Part shown: piece by piece, positions 51,904 through 56,001 of the stretch
How positions within the stretch are numbered: position 1 is the stretch's first letter
How the letters are laid out: every line of letters starts with the position of its first letter
Assembly (NCBI GenBank): GCA_043769275.1
Contig: JAYVJM010000007.1
Coordinates: 1-56,001, forward strand
DNA length: 56,001 bases
DNA from: Cellvibrionales bacterium
Lineage (GTDB): Bacteria; Pseudomonadota; Gammaproteobacteria; Pseudomonadales; UBA7239
Direction: 5' to 3'
Notes under the pieces: model-generated
Told to the model about the DNA's origin: nothing
Databases searched by the model: none
What the model saw: only the letters and a program-made list of their open reading frames with translations
Translations under genes and position numbers: made by a program

Positions 51904-52327
51904 AGCACGCTTCTTGTGTCTACGTTACCCGTATTTTTTGCGCAGCCAGACGAAGAGCGCGGCTTCCGGCTTTACTTTGATAGAGGTTATGGTTGCGCTC
52001 ATTATTTTCGCTCTCTTGTCGGTAACCCTACTTTTGCGTATAGGCGACAATCTCCGTGCGCAACAACACTTAGAAAGCAAAAACACTGCAGTACTTGTGG
52101 CTGCAAATACTTTAGCTGGTTTGCGAATACAAAAAGACTGGGACAATGTTCGCAGCAAAACAGAAACAGTCACTATGGCTGGCCAAGATTGGCTTGTAGA
52201 TGCCACGGTTACAGATACTCCCAATAAAAATCTGCGTCGTGTCGATGTGAAAGTTGGCCTAAGGGAACGGAACTCTAGTAAAAATTTGCCAATTTTTACG
52301 TTGACTAGTTTCATAGGTCATTACTAA
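51857..52327 (+). CDS. gspI: Type II secretion minor pseudopilin GspI
   Basis: G/FTLIEVMVAL, MAGQDW, T....LRRVDV.V; true start probably downstream (e.g. GTG 51896). Confidence 0.9.
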   Translation: MIKRRRAKSRVLAVAKARFLCLRYPYFLRSQTKSAASGFTLIEVMVALIIFALLSVTLLLRIGDNLRAQQHLESKNTAVLVAANTLAGLRIQKDWDNVRSKTETVTMAGQDWLVDATVTDTPNKNLRRVDVKVGLRERNSSKNLPIFTLTSFIGHY

Positions 52328-53031
52328 TGCGCGCCTTCTCAAAGACACGCGGCTTTACTTTGATTGAAGTCATGGTCGCTATTTCGATATTTGCAGTTAT
52401 TTCAGCTGGGATTTACCACGTGTTATCAGCTATGGTTGACGTGCAGGGCAAGGTAGTCAAGCACGCAGAGGCATTACATGAAGTGCAAAAAGCAATGTGG
52501 GTTATATCCTCCGATATTGAGCAGATCGTTATGCGTGACGTACATGCTGAGGCCGATTCGCGTTCTCCAGCGATGATAAGTGATGAGGATAATTATCTTT
52601 TGCAATTTACTCGTCAAGGAATTAGTAACCCGTTATTGTTTAATCGTAGTGATATGTTGCGTGTTGCTTATTCTTTAGGTGCGCGACCTGAGCAAGATGA
52701 TGGCGGTGTTCGGGGCGCAGGGGATTCGGATGAAAGTAAAGGGCAGCATCTTTTGCGAACTACATGGCTGGCGCTGGATCGTATTTCAAGTACCAAAACC
52801 TTAACGCAAGTTCTTTTGCGTGATGTTGAAAGTGTAAAGATAGAGTTTTTGCTTGAAGAAAATAAATGGTTGTCTCTTTGGCCAGAAAAACAGCCTGATC
52901 GACGAGCGCATACGCGCGATCTCCCCATAGCCATCAAAATTACTATTAATGCCAAAAATGCCGGCGAAATTCAGCGGGTTTTCCAAATTGGCAATTTGAT
53001 TGAAAAAAAGAAAAAAGTGCCGCAGCCATGA
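52327..53031 (+). CDS. gspJ: Type II secretion minor pseudopilin GspJ
   Basis: RG/FTLIEVMVAI.IFA, FTRQG.SNP...RSDM.RVAY, W..LD, LP.AIKI. Confidence 0.92.
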   Translation: MRAFSKTRGFTLIEVMVAISIFAVISAGIYHVLSAMVDVQGKVVKHAEALHEVQKAMWVISSDIEQIVMRDVHAEADSRSPAMISDEDNYLLQFTRQGISNPLLFNRSDMLRVAYSLGARPEQDDGGVRGAGDSDESKGQHLLRTTWLALDRISSTKTLTQVLLRDVESVKIEFLLEENKWLSLWPEKQPDRRAHTRDLPIAIKITINAKNAGEIQRVFQIGNLIEKKKKVPQP

Positions 53032-54026
53032 TGAATAGAGCGCGCGGTATTGCCGTTATTACTGTACTGCTTGCCTTGGCTTTGGGTGTCTTGATTAGCT
53101 CGGAAATTATTACCCGTGTCTATAACGGAATGAAGCGTTCGGCTAACCAGTTTAATGCTTTGCAGGCATCCGAGTACGCCTTGGGGGGGGAGGCTTGGGC
53201 TCGTCAGCGCCTGCGTGTGGAATGGGATAAAGAAAAAGAAAAAGGCATATTTAAAGACCATATGCATCAAGAATGGGCGCTGCCTGCGCAAACCTTAGAT
53301 GTAGAGGGTGGCTTTATTGAAATTGAAATCTATGATTTGCAGGCACGCTTTAATTTGAACAATCTGATCGACACCAACGGTGCTGTGGTGCCGAAACAGG
53401 TACATATATTTGCTCGCTTGCTGGGTACATTAGCTATTCCGACTAACTATGCCGATATGGCGGCTCGTTGGGCAAGCTATACAGGTGTAGACAATGCATA
53501 TGGCACGACAAGCCTGCCTTATAGAGAGGGGAATACGTATTTTGGCAGTATCAGCGAGTTGCGATTATTGCGCGATATGGATTTGGCAGCCTACAACCGT
53601 CTGGCTCCCTATATTTCCGCCATTCCAATTCTGCCAGATGTGGCCGTAAGTGCGGTAGCTATCAATATAAATACTGCGCCAGAGCCTATACTGTTGAGCA
53701 TGCCGACTAAAACACCAGCGGCTGAGCGTATGCAGCAGTTTTTAAATGAGCGAGAAAGTGATAAAGAGGGCTTTTCTGATACGGGGAAATACATGTCTGC
53801 TATGGGGGGGCAGGTTGATGCCGTCTTGTCGACTAAGAGCAGCTATTTTGAGATTAGGGTTCGCGCGCAGTATGGTGAACGTCGAAGCTATTTAATATCT
53901 GTGGTTTATCGTGATCCGGCGACGGGCGAAATTCGTTTGCTGTCGCGAGATAAAGGACAGCAATTTAGTGTCCGTGGGTCGGCTCAAGACGCTAAAAAAG
54001 CAGGTAAAAACAGTGCAAAAAGTTGA
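53028..54026 (+). CDS. gspK: Type II secretion minor pseudopilin GspK
   Basis: RG/IAVITVL, ALGGEAWA, DLQARFNLNNL, ININTA. Confidence 0.92.
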   Translation: MMNRARGIAVITVLLALALGVLISSEIITRVYNGMKRSANQFNALQASEYALGGEAWARQRLRVEWDKEKEKGIFKDHMHQEWALPAQTLDVEGGFIEIEIYDLQARFNLNNLIDTNGAVVPKQVHIFARLLGTLAIPTNYADMAARWASYTGVDNAYGTTSLPYREGNTYFGSISELRLLRDMDLAAYNRLAPYISAIPILPDVAVSAVAININTAPEPILLSMPTKTPAAERMQQFLNERESDKEGFSDTGKYMSAMGGQVDAVLSTKSSYFEIRVRAQYGERRSYLISVVYRDPATGEIRLLSRDKGQQFSVRGSAQDAKKAGKNSAKS

Positions 54027-54090
54027 TGTATAAAGATAAACGATGGCGTAAAAATATGGTGCTAGCTCGCAGAATCGCAGGGAACGATTA

Positions 54091-55353
54091 ATGAAAAAGA
54101 TGACTATAAGGCTGTTGTGGCCGCAGGAGCAGGCAGAAATAGGGCAGTGGCAATGTGAATACATTCGCGCCAGTGCTACAGACAATAATCCCGATGTGGA
54201 TATGGTTGTGCTCGCCGATATATTGCCTAGTGTCTTTGCCTCTCAAAGTCAGGGTTTCGCGTTACATGTGATTGTGCCAGCAGAAATCGCACTATTTGAA
54301 CGAGTAGTGTTGCCAGCGCGCAATCAGCGCCAAGCATTGCAAGCGCTGCCTTTTTTAGTGGAAGAACAGCTTGCTGATGATGTTGAGAACACCCATCTTG
54401 CGGTTGGCCGTAAGCTTTCAGATGGTAGTTGGCCAGTACTGGCAATAAATACCAGTTGGATGCAGAGCTTACTAAATTATCTACAGGGACATGGCATACA
54501 GCCAAATGCCGTGTATGTTGATGCAAACATGCTGGCTACCAAAGACTCGCAATTGTGTATCATCATGCATGCAAGCCGCGTGTTGTTGCGCTCTCACTCG
54601 ATTGCTGTGGCGATAGATATTGCCAATGCGCCATTGGTAATGCAGTTGCTGGAAAATTTTTCTGCTTACCGGTTTGTTGATATTTATTTAGACCCCGATA
54701 ATGAGAAACAGCAGATATTAGCCCAACAGTGGGCCACCGAGTTTGCGGCTTTAGAGGAAATAAAAACAACGATTGAGCCTTTAACAACGCAGCTTTCTAG
54801 TTTTTTGTCTGCTGAAATGGCAGGCATAAATTTATTGCAGGGGCGCTTTTTCTTTAAGCAAAAATCGGAAGGCCTGTCTTGGTGGCACGTAGGTATTGCA
54901 GCAGTGTTGCTGTTAGTGATTGGACAGACAACATTGCAGTTAACCAGCGGCTGGTATTTCAATGGTGCAGCAGAGATTGCAGAGCGCTCTGCTGAGGATC
55001 AATACCGCAAGCTATTTCCTTCTGCGCGGCAAGTTAGCGACCCACGCAAGCGTCTGGCCTCACGTTTGGCAGAGGCGGGCAGCAGCAATAGTTCTGACAG
55101 TTCATTTGTTACCGTATTTGGTAGCAGCGTGCAAGCATTGAATAGTGTTGCTGATGCGGGTATTACAATCCAGCAATTACGCTACGATGGAAAACGCGCC
55201 GAACTGGGCTTGGACTTGAAAGCAGGGTCTATTGAGCAAATAGATAAATTTAAACAAGCATTGATGAAACGCAGCCTGCAGGCAGATATAGACTCAGCCA
55301 ATGAGAGTGAAGAAGGTGTTTTGGGAAGCATAAAGATTAGGGCTGGAGCGTAA
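54091..55353 (+). CDS. gspL: Type II secretion inner-membrane protein GspL
   Basis: ALPFLVEEQLADDVE..H.A, INLLQGRF, single TM helix, periplasmic domain. Confidence 0.92.
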   Translation: MKKMTIRLLWPQEQAEIGQWQCEYIRASATDNNPDVDMVVLADILPSVFASQSQGFALHVIVPAEIALFERVVLPARNQRQALQALPFLVEEQLADDVENTHLAVGRKLSDGSWPVLAINTSWMQSLLNYLQGHGIQPNAVYVDANMLATKDSQLCIIMHASRVLLRSHSIAVAIDIANAPLVMQLLENFSAYRFVDIYLDPDNEKQQILAQQWATEFAALEEIKTTIEPLTTQLSSFLSAEMAGINLLQGRFFFKQKSEGLSWWHVGIAAVLLLVIGQTTLQLTSGWYFNGAAEIAERSAEDQYRKLFPSARQVSDPRKRLASRLAEAGSSNSSDSSFVTVFGSSVQALNSVADAGITIQQLRYDGKRAELGLDLKAGSIEQIDKFKQALMKRSLQADIDSANESEEGVLGSIKIRAGA

Positions 55354-55355
55354 AC

Positions 55356-55880
55356 ATGCAGCAATTAGTGCACAAATTGACCGTTTTATTAAATGCTCTG
55401 CAGCAAAATTTTGACAAATTATCGACGCGTGATCGCCGCCTTGTGCTGGCGATGGCTGCAGCGGTTCTTTTTATGATTTTTTATTCCATGCTTACAGGTA
55501 GCTACCGCTTCCAGCGGTCAGCGTTAAACTACTACAAAGAGGTGAGTGAAAACAATCGCTGGATAGAGCTTAATATAAAAGAGATAAAAGCTTTTGCCGG
55601 TGCAAAAGCGCCAGCGGTTTCTGGTGCTTCTTCTGATGTGTCTTTGATTAGCATGGCTTCGACCACGGCAAAGCCTTTTGGCATCAGCTTTAAACGTTTT
55701 CAGCCAGAGGGGGATACTGGCTTGCGGTTATGGATAGAATCAGCCGAGTTTGATCAGTTATTACGATGGGTTGGTGTTCTGGGTAAGCAAGGAGTGGTAT
55801 TAGGTCAACTAGATATTAATCGGACAGACAAAAGTGTGGGTTTGGTGGATGCCCGTTTACTTATTGTACGTGAACCATAA
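55356..55880 (+). CDS. gspM: Type II secretion protein GspM
   Basis: LS.RDRRLV TM helix, RFQPEG..GL.LW.E...FDQLLRW; follows gspL. Confidence 0.9.
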   Translation: MQQLVHKLTVLLNALQQNFDKLSTRDRRLVLAMAAAVLFMIFYSMLTGSYRFQRSALNYYKEVSENNRWIELNIKEIKAFAGAKAPAVSGASSDVSLISMASTTAKPFGISFKRFQPEGDTGLRLWIESAEFDQLLRWVGVLGKQGVVLGQLDINRTDKSVGLVDARLLIVREP

Positions 55881-55967
55881 TGAAGGCTTTTTCCCATAAC
55901 TACTGACCTTACCCCCGAAAAACGTACTCCATAGCTGGAGTTAAAATTCAGCAATTGGAGAGACATT

Positions 55968-56001
55968 GTGAACGATAGAAAACAAAAGCAAGCGCGTGGC
56001 A
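55968..56001 (+). CDS. Possible 5' end of a CDS running off the window
   Basis: GGAG followed by GTG AAC GAT AGA..., open to the window end. Confidence 0.3.
   Translation, partial: MNDRKQKQARG

Overview
Gene-dense core-genome segment of a gammaproteobacterium (gene content and order suggest a Cellvibrionales/Pseudomonadales-like lineage; inference). Left to right it holds folK-folB-tsaD, a decayed amidohydrolase, DUF4124, wrbA-DUF2069-sppA, an AmiD-like protein, nudJ-cobQ-secB-grxC-rhodanese, prfC, ogt-DUF2721-uvrA-ffh, an XRE-HTH/HAD fusion, a short metG, dcd, a Vibrio-type thermolabile hemolysin/lecithinase, ybaB-dnaX-SRP RNA, ettA, rlmJ, pyrB, DUF2066, the cbb3 oxidase cluster ccoNOQP-GHI, comEA, purL, an M48/SprT-like peptidase, yceD-rpmF-plsX-fabD-fabG-acpP-fabF-pabC-mltG and a partial type II secretion cluster gspGHIJKLM. 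No CRISPR array, prophage, transposase, tRNA or rRNA was recognised. The most unusual items are two intact-ORF pseudoenzymes: (1) an XRE DNA-binding domain fused to a phosphoserine-phosphatase-like HAD domain with two catalytic aspartates changed to serine (candidate phospho-metabolite-sensing regulator with a palindromic operator), and (2) a secreted AmiD-like amidase that has lost its zinc ligands and catalytic Glu (candidate bacterial PGRP-like peptidoglycan binder). Other notable items are an A10 slippage tract in dnaX with stops just after it in both shifted frames, a REP-like palindrome inside the cco operon, and many broken conserved gene neighbourhoods. All family assignments come from motif recognition by eye, not database searches.
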